64,000 nt of DNA, taken from an uncultured bacterium. Its GTDB lineage: Bacteria > Krumholzibacteriota > Krumholzibacteriia > Krumholzibacteriales > Krumholzibacteriaceae. Position 1 is the stretch's first letter, and each line of letters begins with the position of its first letter. The notes under the pieces are model-generated. The model saw only the letters and a list, made by a program, of their open reading frames with translations, did no database searches and was not told the DNA's origin. A program made the position numbers and the translations under genes. The DNA lies in contig CAWFAD010000016.1 of assembly GCA_963813815.1 (NCBI GenBank), positions 384,001-448,000 of the forward strand. The letters run 5' to 3'. This document shows positions 21,584 through 30,160 of this stretch, in pieces.

Positions 21584-21994
21584 ATGAACGATCGCGTACG
21601 CATACGGCGCTCGAAGCAGCGCGAGATCATCCTCGAGGAGCTCGTGAAGCTCGGAAGCCATCCGAGCGCCGGCGAGCTCTACGATCGCGTGCGAAAGCGC
21701 CTTCCCCGCGTCAGCCTCGGCACCGTGTACCGGAACCTCGAGATCTTCGCCCGCGAGGGCCTCGTGAAGCGCCTCGAGCTCGACGGAGAGCGCGTGCGGT
21801 ACGACGGAGAGCGCGGGGATCATTGCCACATCAAGTGCCTGCGCTGCGGAAGGATCGAGGATCTGCCGGCGTCCGCCCCCCCGGACGGGCGCGACCGGGC
21901 TATCGTGCGCCGGAGCGGGTATCGCCTCGTCGAGCGGTGCGTTCAGTACCTCGGCGTCTGCCCGGCGTGCCGGAAGAAAGAGCGGGTGAGCTGA
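21584..21994 (+). CDS. Fur-family transcriptional regulator (PerR-like)
   Basis: QREIIL, HPSA, SLGTVYRNL, HCHIKCLRCG, CPAC. Confidence 0.92.
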   Translation: MNDRVRIRRSKQREIILEELVKLGSHPSAGELYDRVRKRLPRVSLGTVYRNLEIFAREGLVKRLELDGERVRYDGERGDHCHIKCLRCGRIEDLPASAPPDGRDRAIVRRSGYRLVERCVQYLGVCPACRKKERVS

Positions 21995-21995
21995 C

Positions 21996-22808
21996 GTGGC
22001 GCCTCTCCGGAAGATTCGGCCGAGGAGCGGACGGCTCGACCCGCGGGGGCTCGAGCGGCTGTACCGGCGATACAACAGGCGTTCGTGGAGGTCGAGCGAT
22101 CCGGTCGAATTCGCCCACCGCTACTCCGATCCGCGGGACCGCGAGGTCGCGGCGATCGTCGCCTCCTCCCTTGCGTTCGGCGGGGTCGCGCAGATACGGG
22201 CGAGCGCCGCCCGCGCCCTCGAGCCGCTCGGGGCCTCCCCGGCCGCGCTTCTCGCCGACGCCTCTCCGGCGCGGCTCGCCGCCCTGTACCGCGGGTTCCG
22301 GCACCGGTGGATAACGGGGGACGACCTCGCGGGGCTCCTCGGGGGGGTGCGGGGCGCCATGGCGGCCCACGGCTCCCTCGGCGGGCTCTTCGCGGGGTCC
22401 ATCGAGGATCGGGACGCCGACGCCGTTCTTCCGTCGGAGAGATTCGTGGATGAGATCCGCCGCCGCGGCGGCCCCTTCCGCGCGTGCCTCCTCCCGTCAC
22501 CCCGGGACGGCAGCGCCTGCAAGAGGCTCTTTCTCTTTCTCCGGTGGATGGTTCGCCGCGACGAGATCGACACGGGGCTCTGGGGAGACGTGCCGCCGTC
22601 CATGCTTCTCGTGCCGCTCGATACGCACCTGCATCGCGCCGCGCTGCGCCTCGGGCTCACCCGGCGCGCCGCCGCGGATCTCCGAACCGCGCTCGAGGTG
22701 ACCGGGGGTTTCCGCCGGATCGCCCCGGACGACCCGGCGAAGTACGATTTCGCGCTGGCCCACGCGGGTATGGGCGGCGCGGCCCGAAAGGAGAGGCGCC
22801 ATGGTTGA
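21996..22808 (+). CDS. TIGR02757/DUF2400-like protein
   Basis: DPVEF, DREVAA..ASSLAFG, SACKRLFLFLRWMVR, PLDTH, DDPAKYDFAL. Confidence 0.85.
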   Translation: MAPLRKIRPRSGRLDPRGLERLYRRYNRRSWRSSDPVEFAHRYSDPRDREVAAIVASSLAFGGVAQIRASAARALEPLGASPAALLADASPARLAALYRGFRHRWITGDDLAGLLGGVRGAMAAHGSLGGLFAGSIEDRDADAVLPSERFVDEIRRRGGPFRACLLPSPRDGSACKRLFLFLRWMVRRDEIDTGLWGDVPPSMLLVPLDTHLHRAALRLGLTRRAAADLRTALEVTGGFRRIAPDDPAKYDFALAHAGMGGAARKERRHG

Positions 22809-24069
22809 TTTCGCGCTCCGGTTCGCGCTTTCGATTTGGGAGACGCTTCGCGAGATGTCGCCGTATCTCCTCTTCGGATTCTTCGTGGCCGGTCTGCTCT
22901 CGGTGCTCGTCAAACCCGAGGTCGTCGAGCGCCACCTCGGCGGGAGGGGCTTCTGGCAGGTCGTGAAGGCCGCCGTCTTCGGCGTGCCGCTCCCGCTGTG
23001 CTCCTGCGGCGTCATTCCGGTCGCGGCGTCCCTGCGGCGCCACGGGGCCGGAGCGGGCGCCACGACGTCATTCCTCATATCGACGCCGCAAACCGGGGTC
23101 GACAGCATCATGGTGACGTATTCCCTGCTCGGGCCCGTGTTCGCGGTCTTCCGGCCGGCGGTCGCGTTCCTGAGCGGGCTTCTCGGCGGCACGCTCGTGA
23201 ACCTGTTCGGACACGAAAAGGGCGCGGTCGAAGCGGCGCCCCCGGCGTGCACCGCCGAATGCTGCAGCGGCGCCGAGAATCACCGCGGCTCGATGGCGCG
23301 GGCGCTGCGGTACGGGTTCGTCACGCTTCCGCGCGACCTCAACAAGGCGCTCCTCGCCGGCATCGTCGTCGCGGGGGCGATCGCGGCCGTCGTTCCGGAC
23401 GATTATCTCGCCGGGGTGCTCGGGGGCGGCATCGCGTCGATGCTCATCATGATGGCGGTCGGCATCCCCGTGTACGTGTGCGCGACGGCGTCGGTCCCGA
23501 TCGCCGCGGCGCTCATCGCAAAGGGCGTCTCGCCGGGGGCGGCGCTCGTGTTTCTCATGACGGGCCCCGCGACGAACGCCGCGACCATCATGACGGTATG
23601 GAGGATCATGGGGAAGCGGATCGCGGCGATCTATCTCGCCTCCGTGGCCGCATCCGCCGTTGCGGCGGGCCTCGTCCTCGACGCCGTTTTCACCGCGCGC
23701 GGCGGCCACGCCATGGCGCACGCGCACTGGATGCTTCCCGGCTGGGCCGGGACGGCCGCCGCGATCGTTCTCCTCGGGGTCCTTGCCGCCGCGTTCTTCG
23801 CGCCCTCGCGGGTCGGCGCGGTCCCGAAAGGCCCCGGGGACTCGGAGACGATCCGCATCGCCGTCGGGGGGATGACGTGCAACCACTGCGCGGGGGCCGT
23901 CCGGCGCGCCCTCGAGGAATCTCCGGGCGTCTCGTCCGCCGCGGTCGATCTCAAGACCGGCGAGGCCGTCGTCGCGGGGAGAGCCCTCGACGAGGCGGCG
24001 CTCGCCAAGGCCGTCGAATCGCTCGGCTATCGAGTTCTGCGGATCGTCCGGACGGACGATTTGAAATAG
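22801..24069 (+). CDS. ArsP/SO_0444-family permease with C-terminal heavy-metal-associated domain
   Basis: PLPLCSCGVIP, FLISTPQ, VYVCATASVP, GPATN; His-rich linker; GMTCNHC. Confidence 0.88.
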   Translation: MVDFALRFALSIWETLREMSPYLLFGFFVAGLLSVLVKPEVVERHLGGRGFWQVVKAAVFGVPLPLCSCGVIPVAASLRRHGAGAGATTSFLISTPQTGVDSIMVTYSLLGPVFAVFRPAVAFLSGLLGGTLVNLFGHEKGAVEAAPPACTAECCSGAENHRGSMARALRYGFVTLPRDLNKALLAGIVVAGAIAAVVPDDYLAGVLGGGIASMLIMMAVGIPVYVCATASVPIAAALIAKGVSPGAALVFLMTGPATNAATIMTVWRIMGKRIAAIYLASVAASAVAAGLVLDAVFTARGGHAMAHAHWMLPGWAGTAAAIVLLGVLAAAFFAPSRVGAVPKGPGDSETIRIAVGGMTCNHCAGAVRRALEESPGVSSAAVDLKTGEAVVAGRALDEAALAKAVESLGYRVLRIVRTDDLK

Positions 24070-24120
24070 ATCCTCGATTCGTGTTATGACGTTGGAACCA
24101 TGAAACGGGAGGTGCCGGAA

Positions 24121-24693
24121 ATGTCGATCAAGGGAACGAAGACCGAGAAGAACATCCTCACCGCCTTCGCCGGGGAGTCGCAGGCGCGGAACCGCTACAC
24201 CTATTTCGCGAGCCAGGCGAAGAAGGAGGGGTACGAGCAGATCGCGGCCATATTCGAGGAGACCGCGAACCAGGAAAAGGAGCACGCCAAGCGCCTCTTC
24301 AAGCTCCTCGAGGGGGGTGAGGTCGAAATCACCGCCGCCTTTCCGGCGGGGATCATCTGCACGACGGCCGAGAACCTCGCGGAGGCGGCGGGTGGCGAGC
24401 ACCACGAATGGTCCGAGATGTATCCGGCCTTCGCGAAAACGGCCCGCGCGGAGGGGCACGCGAACGCGGCGGCGATCTTCGAGGCGATCGCCGTCGCCGA
24501 GAAGCATCACGAGAAGCGCTACCTGGCCCTCAAGGGGAATATCGAGCAGGGGAAGGTCTTTAAGCGCCCGGAAAAGGCCGTCTGGCGCTGCCGCAACTGC
24601 GGGTACGTCCACGAGGGGAAGGAAGCCCCCGAGATATGTTCCGCCTGCGCCCATCCGCGCGCGTATTTCGAGCTCCTCGGCGAGAATTACTGA
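24121..24693 (+). CDS. rbr: Rubrerythrin
   Basis: AFAGESQARNRY, EKEHAK, AEKHHE, C-terminal CRNCG...CSAC; SD GGGAGG. Confidence 0.95.
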   Translation: MSIKGTKTEKNILTAFAGESQARNRYTYFASQAKKEGYEQIAAIFEETANQEKEHAKRLFKLLEGGEVEITAAFPAGIICTTAENLAEAAGGEHHEWSEMYPAFAKTARAEGHANAAAIFEAIAVAEKHHEKRYLALKGNIEQGKVFKRPEKAVWRCRNCGYVHEGKEAPEICSACAHPRAYFELLGENY

Positions 24694-24772
24694 GGGCGCG
24701 CGAGGGATTCAAACGTGCGCGCCGATTCGGGTGTATACTAGCATGGACGGCATCGAAAGGAGGTAAGGCGCG

Positions 24773-25150
24773 ATGGCGCAAAAGCTCGAAATCTACAAGT
24801 GCAACATATGCGGCAACATCGTGGAAGTGCTCCACGGGGGAGCGGGCGAGCTCGTCTGCTGCGGCGAGCCGATGAAACTCCTCAAGGAGAACACGACCGA
24901 CGCGTCGAAGGAGAAGCACGTCCCCGTGATCGAAAAGATCGAGGGCGGCTACAAGGTGAAGGTGGGATCGACGCCTCATCCGATGGAGGAGAAGCACTGG
25001 ATCGAATGGATCGAGCTCCTCGCCGACGGGGCCGCGTACCGGAAGTTTCTCGAGCCGGGACAGACGCCGGAGGCGGTGTTCATCATCAAGGCGTCGAAGG
25101 TCTCCGCGCGCGAATACTGCAATATCCACAGCCTCTGGAAGGGAGAGTGA
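24773..25150 (+). CDS. dfx: Desulfoferrodoxin (2Fe superoxide reductase)
   Basis: [27 protein letters not shown]. Confidence 0.95.
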   Translation: MAQKLEIYKCNICGNIVEVLHGGAGELVCCGEPMKLLKENTTDASKEKHVPVIEKIEGGYKVKVGSTPHPMEEKHWIEWIELLADGAAYRKFLEPGQTPEAVFIIKASKVSAREYCNIHSLWKGE

Positions 25151-25156
25151 TCGCAC

Positions 25157-25654
25157 GTGATCGGCAAGAAAATGATCGCCGCCCTGAACGAGCAGATCAA
25201 CCATGAGCTGTACTCTTCGTATCTCTATTTGTCGATGGCGGCGTATTTCCACTCGATCAACCTCGACGGGTTCGCCCGCTGGATGCGCGTGCAGGCGAAG
25301 GAGGAGGACCTCCACGCGATGAAGCTCTTCGATCACCTCCGCGATCGCGGAGCGCGCGTCGTGCTCGAGCAGATCGACAAGCCCAAGACCGTCTGGAAGT
25401 CCCCGCTCGACGCCTTCGCGGCCGCGCACGAGCACGAAAAGTTCATCACGAGCAAGATCAACGGGCTCTACCAGCTCGCCGAGAAGGAAAGCGATTATCC
25501 GGCGAAGGTGCTCCTCGACTGGTTCGTCAACGAGCAGGTCGAGGAAGAGGCCTCCTCTTCGGGCGTCGTGAAGATGCTCGAGCGGATCAAGGATTCGGGC
25601 AGCGGGATCATCATGCTCGACCGCGAGCTCGGCAAACGGGAGTTTCACGGGTGA
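25157..25654 (+). CDS. ftnA: Non-heme ferritin
   Basis: EQINHELYSSYLYLSM, EEDLHA, HEKFIT, WFVNEQVEEE. Confidence 0.93.
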   Translation: MIGKKMIAALNEQINHELYSSYLYLSMAAYFHSINLDGFARWMRVQAKEEDLHAMKLFDHLRDRGARVVLEQIDKPKTVWKSPLDAFAAAHEHEKFITSKINGLYQLAEKESDYPAKVLLDWFVNEQVEEEASSSGVVKMLERIKDSGSGIIMLDRELGKREFHG

Positions 25655-25724
25655 GAGAACCGGGCGAGGGACGGGCCCCGGCCCGATCCGCGGCGGGGCC
25701 TCCCGCCGTCCGACTGGAAGTGCC

Positions 25725-27410
25725 GTGCGTGCGATGAACATCCTCGTCGGGGGCGAGGCCGGTCAGGGACTCGCGACCGTCGGCCAGCTTCTCTCCCGGG
25801 CGCTCGTTCGAAGCGGCTATTCGATCGTCGTCACCCAGAGCTACGAATCGCGCATCAGGGGCGGACACAACACGTTCGCCGTGCGGGTCGCCGCGGGCGT
25901 GGTCGAGGCGCCGTCGGAGACGGTCGATGTCCTCGTCGCGCTCGACGACGCGACGGTTCTCCGCCACATGCCCGAGCTCGCCGCCGGAGGGCTCGTCGTC
26001 GCCGACGAATCTTTCTGCGACGCGGACGAGCGGTGTCTCCGCGTTCCCTTCGACGCGTTGGCCCCCAAACAGCACGAAAACACCGCCGCGCTCGGCGTGG
26101 CGTGCGCGGTGCTCGGCCTCGACCGGGAGGCCGCCGCGGGAGTTCTCGACGAGTCGTTCGGCGCGAAGCATCCCGAGGCCGCGGGGGAAAACCGCCGCGC
26201 GTTCGAGAAGGCGTTCGACTGGTGCGCCGCCGTTCCCACGGCGCGGCGGCCGCTGCCGCCCGCGGCCCGCGGCCCGCGCCGCCTCGTTCTGAGCGGGAAC
26301 GAGGCGATCGCCCTCGGGGCAGTTTCGGCCGGGCTCAGGTTCGCGGCGTTCTATCCGATGACCCCCTCCACCACGATTCCGCTCACTCTCATCGGCATGG
26401 CGGAGCGGATGGGGCTCGTCGTCGAGCAGGCTGAGGACGAGATCGCGGCGATCAACATGGCGATCGGCGCCTCCTTCGCCGGCGCCCCCTCGCTCGTCGC
26501 CACGTCCGGAGGCGGTTTCGCTCTCATGGTCGAGGGCGTGAGTCTCGCCGCCATGACCGAAACCCCCGTCGTGATCGTCGTCGGCCAGCGTCCGGGACCC
26601 GCGACGGGGCTTCCGACGAGGACGGAGCAGGCGGATCTCGAGTTCGTGATCCACGCGGGGCACGGAGAGTTTCCGCGGGCCGTGTTCGCTCCGGGCGACG
26701 TCGAAGAGTGCTTTCATCTCACGCGGCGGGCGTTCTTCCTCGCGGAGCGGCACCAGGCCCCCGTTTTCGTTCTCACCGATCAGTTTCTCGCGGACAGCTA
26801 TCGCGCCACGGCGCCGTTCGACGTCGAGACGCTCGATTGGGTGAGACCGGGCTCGGACCCCGCGGCCGCTCCTGATCCGTACCGGCGCCACGCCGTCACG
26901 GAGAGCGGCGTGTCGCCGCGCCTCATCCCGGGCGCGAGGGGCCGGCTCGTCGTGACCGACAGCGACGAGCACACGGAGGACGGGCATCTCACCGAGGATC
27001 TCGGCGTTAGGAAGGGGATGGTTGAAAAGAGGCTCCGCAAGCTCGCGGGGATCCGCGCGGAGACGATCCCTCCCGCGTACGAGGGGAGCGAGCGTCCCGA
27101 GCTTCTGCTCCTCTCATGGGGCTCGACGCTCGGCGCGGTGCGCGAGGCGGCCGCGGCGCTCCGGGAGAAGGGAATGGACGCCGCCACGCTCCATTTCAGC
27201 CAGGTCTGGCCGCTCGTGCCGGAGCATTTCGCCGGCCGTCTCGACAGGGCGGGGCTCGTCGTCTCCGTCGAGGGGAACGCGACCGGTCAGCTCGCGAGGC
27301 TCATCCGGCGCGAGACCGGGTTCGAGGTCGCCGAGCGGGTAGCCCGCTACGACGGTCTCCCGCTGACGCCGGAGTATATCCTGCGCGAGCTCGGCGGAGA
27401 GGAGGCGTGA
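25725..27410 (+). CDS. korA: 2-oxoacid:ferredoxin oxidoreductase alpha subunit (gamma-alpha fusion)
   Basis: GGEAGQG, SRIRGGHN, GNEA, YPMTP, QAEDEIAA, TSGGGF, RPGPATGLPT. Confidence 0.92.
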   Translation: MRAMNILVGGEAGQGLATVGQLLSRALVRSGYSIVVTQSYESRIRGGHNTFAVRVAAGVVEAPSETVDVLVALDDATVLRHMPELAAGGLVVADESFCDADERCLRVPFDALAPKQHENTAALGVACAVLGLDREAAAGVLDESFGAKHPEAAGENRRAFEKAFDWCAAVPTARRPLPPAARGPRRLVLSGNEAIALGAVSAGLRFAAFYPMTPSTTIPLTLIGMAERMGLVVEQAEDEIAAINMAIGASFAGAPSLVATSGGGFALMVEGVSLAAMTETPVVIVVGQRPGPATGLPTRTEQADLEFVIHAGHGEFPRAVFAPGDVEECFHLTRRAFFLAERHQAPVFVLTDQFLADSYRATAPFDVETLDWVRPGSDPAAAPDPYRRHAVTESGVSPRLIPGARGRLVVTDSDEHTEDGHLTEDLGVRKGMVEKRLRKLAGIRAETIPPAYEGSERPELLLLSWGSTLGAVREAAAALREKGMDAATLHFSQVWPLVPEHFAGRLDRAGLVVSVEGNATGQLARLIRRETGFEVAERVARYDGLPLTPEYILRELGGEEA

Positions 27411-28279
27411 TGGCGACGGTCGAGGATTACGGCGAATACGAAACCGCCTGGTGTCCCGGCTGCGGCAATTTTTCGCTCCTCGACGGAGTGAAGCGCGCCC
27501 TCGCCGCCTCGGGGCTCGAGCCGCACCGCGTGCTCTTCGTCTGCGGCATCGGGCAGGCCGCAAAGGCGCCGCACTACCTCGATGCGAACGTTTTCAACGG
27601 GCTCCATGGACGCGCGCTCCCCGCGGCGACGGGCGCGAAGCTCGCGATGACGGATCTCGCCGTGATCGTCGAGAGCGGCGACGGCTGCATATACGGCGAG
27701 GGGGGCAACCATCTTTTGGCCGCGATCCGCCGCAACGTCGACCTCACGGCGATCGTTCACGACAACCAGATCTACGGGCTCACGAAAGGGCAGGCGAGCC
27801 CGACCTCGGATGAGGGCATGAAGACGAAGGCACAGCCCGGGGGAGTGGCGCTCGAGCGCTTCAATCCCGTCGCGGTCGCCGTCGCCATGAAGGCCGGGTT
27901 CGTGGCCCGGAGCTTCACGGGCGCGGTCGGCCATCTGGCCGAAATGATACGCCTCGGCGTCGCGCACCGCGGATTCGCGCTCATCGACGTGCTGCAGCCG
28001 TGCGTCTCGTTCAACCGAGTGAACAGCTTCGCCTGGTACAAGAAGCGCTGCGTCGAGCTCCCCGCCGAATACGATCCCTCCGACTGGACCGTCGCCATGC
28101 GAACCGCGATGGAATGGGGAGACAGGATCCCCATCGGCGTGATATACAGGAACGAGCGGGCGCCCTTCGAAAGCCTCGTTCCGGCGCTCGCGCGGGGGCC
28201 GCTCGCGGGGCGGTCCGTCGATCGGGCCGCGCTCGCGGCCGAGATGAACCGCATCGGAGGAATGCGCGGCGATGATTGA
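27410..28279 (+). CDS. korB: 2-oxoacid:ferredoxin oxidoreductase beta subunit
   Basis: WCPGCG, HGRALP, TPP motif GDG...DN, YGLTKGQ, LQPC; TGATG overlap with korA. Confidence 0.92.
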   Translation: MATVEDYGEYETAWCPGCGNFSLLDGVKRALAASGLEPHRVLFVCGIGQAAKAPHYLDANVFNGLHGRALPAATGAKLAMTDLAVIVESGDGCIYGEGGNHLLAAIRRNVDLTAIVHDNQIYGLTKGQASPTSDEGMKTKAQPGGVALERFNPVAVAVAMKAGFVARSFTGAVGHLAEMIRLGVAHRGFALIDVLQPCVSFNRVNSFAWYKKRCVELPAEYDPSDWTVAMRTAMEWGDRIPIGVIYRNERAPFESLVPALARGPLAGRSVDRAALAAEMNRIGGMRGDD

Positions 28280-29084
28280 CGCCCTTTCGCGTCTCGATCC
28301 CATGACGCAAACGCTCATCGCGACCTCGTTCACGTGGGGGATGACCGCCCTCGGCGCCGCGGCGGTTTTCATTTTAAAAGGGTTCAGCAACAAGGTGCTC
28401 GACATGATGCTCGGCTTCGCGGCCGGCGTCATGATCTCGGCGAGCTTCTGGTCGCTCCTCGCGCCGGCCGTGCGGCTCTGCATGGACCGGTCGCTTCCCT
28501 GCTGGCTCCCGCCCTCGATCGGCTTCGTGCTCGGAGCGGCCGCCCTCCGTCTGATCGATTTTCTGCTTCCGCACCTGCATGGCGGGCTCACGCTGGACAA
28601 GGCGGAGGGGGTTCACACGACCTGGCGGCGGAGCACGCTTCTCATTCTCGCCATCACGCTGCACAACATTCCGGAAGGTCTCGCCATCGGCGTCGTCTTC
28701 GGGGTGGCGGGCTCGGGGCTCGGGTACGCCACGGTCGCCGCGGGCGTCGCGCTCACCATCGGGCTCGGGCTGCAGAACCTCCCCGAGGGTCTCGCCGTGT
28801 CGATGCCGCTCCGGCGCGACGGGATGTCGAGGCGGCGGAGCTTCTGGTACGGCCAGCTCTCCGCGATCGTCGAGCCGATCGCCGGCGTGGCCGGAGTTCT
28901 CGCCGTCTCCGCCTCGCAGGCGCTCATGCCGTACGCTCTCGGTTTCGCGGCCGGAGCCATGATCTACGTCGTGGTGGAGGAAGTCATTCCGGAATCGCAA
29001 ATGGGGAACAATTCGGATATCGCGACCATCGGAACCATCTTCGGATTCGTTCTCATGATGATCCTCGATGTCGCCCTTTCTTAG
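28272..29084 (+). CDS. zupT: ZIP family metal transporter (ZupT/GufA)
   Basis: GFAAGVM, HNIPEGLAIG, QNLPEG, FAAGAMIYVVVEEVIPE. Confidence 0.92.
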   Translation: MIDALSRLDPMTQTLIATSFTWGMTALGAAAVFILKGFSNKVLDMMLGFAAGVMISASFWSLLAPAVRLCMDRSLPCWLPPSIGFVLGAAALRLIDFLLPHLHGGLTLDKAEGVHTTWRRSTLLILAITLHNIPEGLAIGVVFGVAGSGLGYATVAAGVALTIGLGLQNLPEGLAVSMPLRRDGMSRRRSFWYGQLSAIVEPIAGVAGVLAVSASQALMPYALGFAAGAMIYVVVEEVIPESQMGNNSDIATIGTIFGFVLMMILDVALS

Positions 29085-29131
29085 ACCGCCCAACCGACAT
29101 TTTAACAACCTGTTAACTCGTTTTTTATTAT

Positions 29132-29161
29132 TTGACAAAATGCCTAATTAGGAATTATAAT
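29132..29161 (+). promoter_or_regulatory. Consensus sigma70 promoter with palindrome in the spacer
   Basis: TTGACA (29132-37), 18 nt, TATAAT (29156-61); CCTAATTAGG at 29143-52; AT-rich intergenic region. Confidence 0.75.
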
Positions 29162-29233
29162 GATTAAAATCCAATACATGATTGTATATGGTTCTATGAG
29201 ATGTTCACTTCATTTAAACCAAGGAGGTCAATC

Positions 29234-29941
29234 GTGAAGCTATCGGCAATCGGGATGGGGGTACTGGCGGTCGTATTTTTGGCCGCGAGCGCATCGGCCA
29301 TATGTCTCAACTCGCCCAAGGACGGCATCTACACGACGACGAACGGCTCCATGATCGGCGGCCGCTCGTCGGAGGCGTGGTGCAGCGGAGTCGGTCCGGG
29401 CCAGCCCGGCAACACCGAGTCCGCCGCCTCATGGAACGGGTCGACGCTCGGCGGTCAGTGGAAGATCTGGGGAATGGCGATCGATGAGAACGGCGCGGTC
29501 GAGACCGCCCGCTGGTTCGACGCGTACGGCAACGGCTGGATCGATTACACGACGAACTACGTCGGCGGCGAGTTCTGGCTCGACGGCGACCATCTGTGGG
29601 GGACCGGCGCGGGCGATTTCAGCGGCACGGTGACGTACTTCAACGTTTCGGCCCGCGTGAGCTACTTCGGGGGGCAGCCCGTCGGCGTCACCTCGAACAT
29701 TTTCATGAGGGGTTCCTTCGCGGATTGCACGCACTGCGCGATCGAGTACGCGATTTCGAACGCGATGCTCGTCTGGCGGACCGGGTACGCGACGGCCATG
29801 CCGGCGAATTACCCCGCCTTCGAATGCGGCGCCGCCGCGGGCGAGCTTTTCGACGTGTGCTGCGCCACCGCGAAGATCTATTGCCAGCCCGTCGCAACGG
29901 AATCGAGCACGTGGGGGGGAATCAAGGCTCTCTACCGGTAA
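29234..29941 (+). CDS. Secreted Cys-rich hypothetical protein with C-terminal TWGGIKALYR tail
   Basis: SD AAGGAGG then GTG; signal peptide ending ASA; 8 Cys; own promoter and terminator. Confidence 0.85.
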   Translation: MKLSAIGMGVLAVVFLAASASAICLNSPKDGIYTTTNGSMIGGRSSEAWCSGVGPGQPGNTESAASWNGSTLGGQWKIWGMAIDENGAVETARWFDAYGNGWIDYTTNYVGGEFWLDGDHLWGTGAGDFSGTVTYFNVSARVSYFGGQPVGVTSNIFMRGSFADCTHCAIEYAISNAMLVWRTGYATAMPANYPAFECGAAAGELFDVCCATAKIYCQPVATESSTWGGIKALYR

Positions 29942-29966
29942 ATCCGGGGGTAGGCCAAGGTGCTGG

Positions 29967-29999
29967 GGGGCCGGCGCGCGTCGCCGGCCCCTTTTTTTT
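29967..29999 (+). terminator. Intrinsic terminator
   Basis: GGGGCCGGCG/CGCCGGCCCC stem followed by T8. Confidence 0.85.
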
Positions 30000-30160
30000 G
30001 CCTCGGGAAGGCTTGCGCGACGGGGATTCTCGATGACCCCGGAAAAAATCGGTTGTACTCGCCCGGTAACCCTCTATAATTCTCCTGCTTCAAAGCCGAA
30101 AGACGCGGGTTTGGTCCGCCGCGGGTCCCATCCGCGGGAAACCCCGGAGGGAGGTTTTTC

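Noticed and set aside
29725..29740. CTHC as a heme-binding motif
   Set aside because: Followed by Ala rather than His; more likely disulfides
30081..30160. Structured leader or c-di-GMP riboswitch before the cytochrome
   Set aside because: Only GC-rich hairpins; no match to conserved riboswitch motifs
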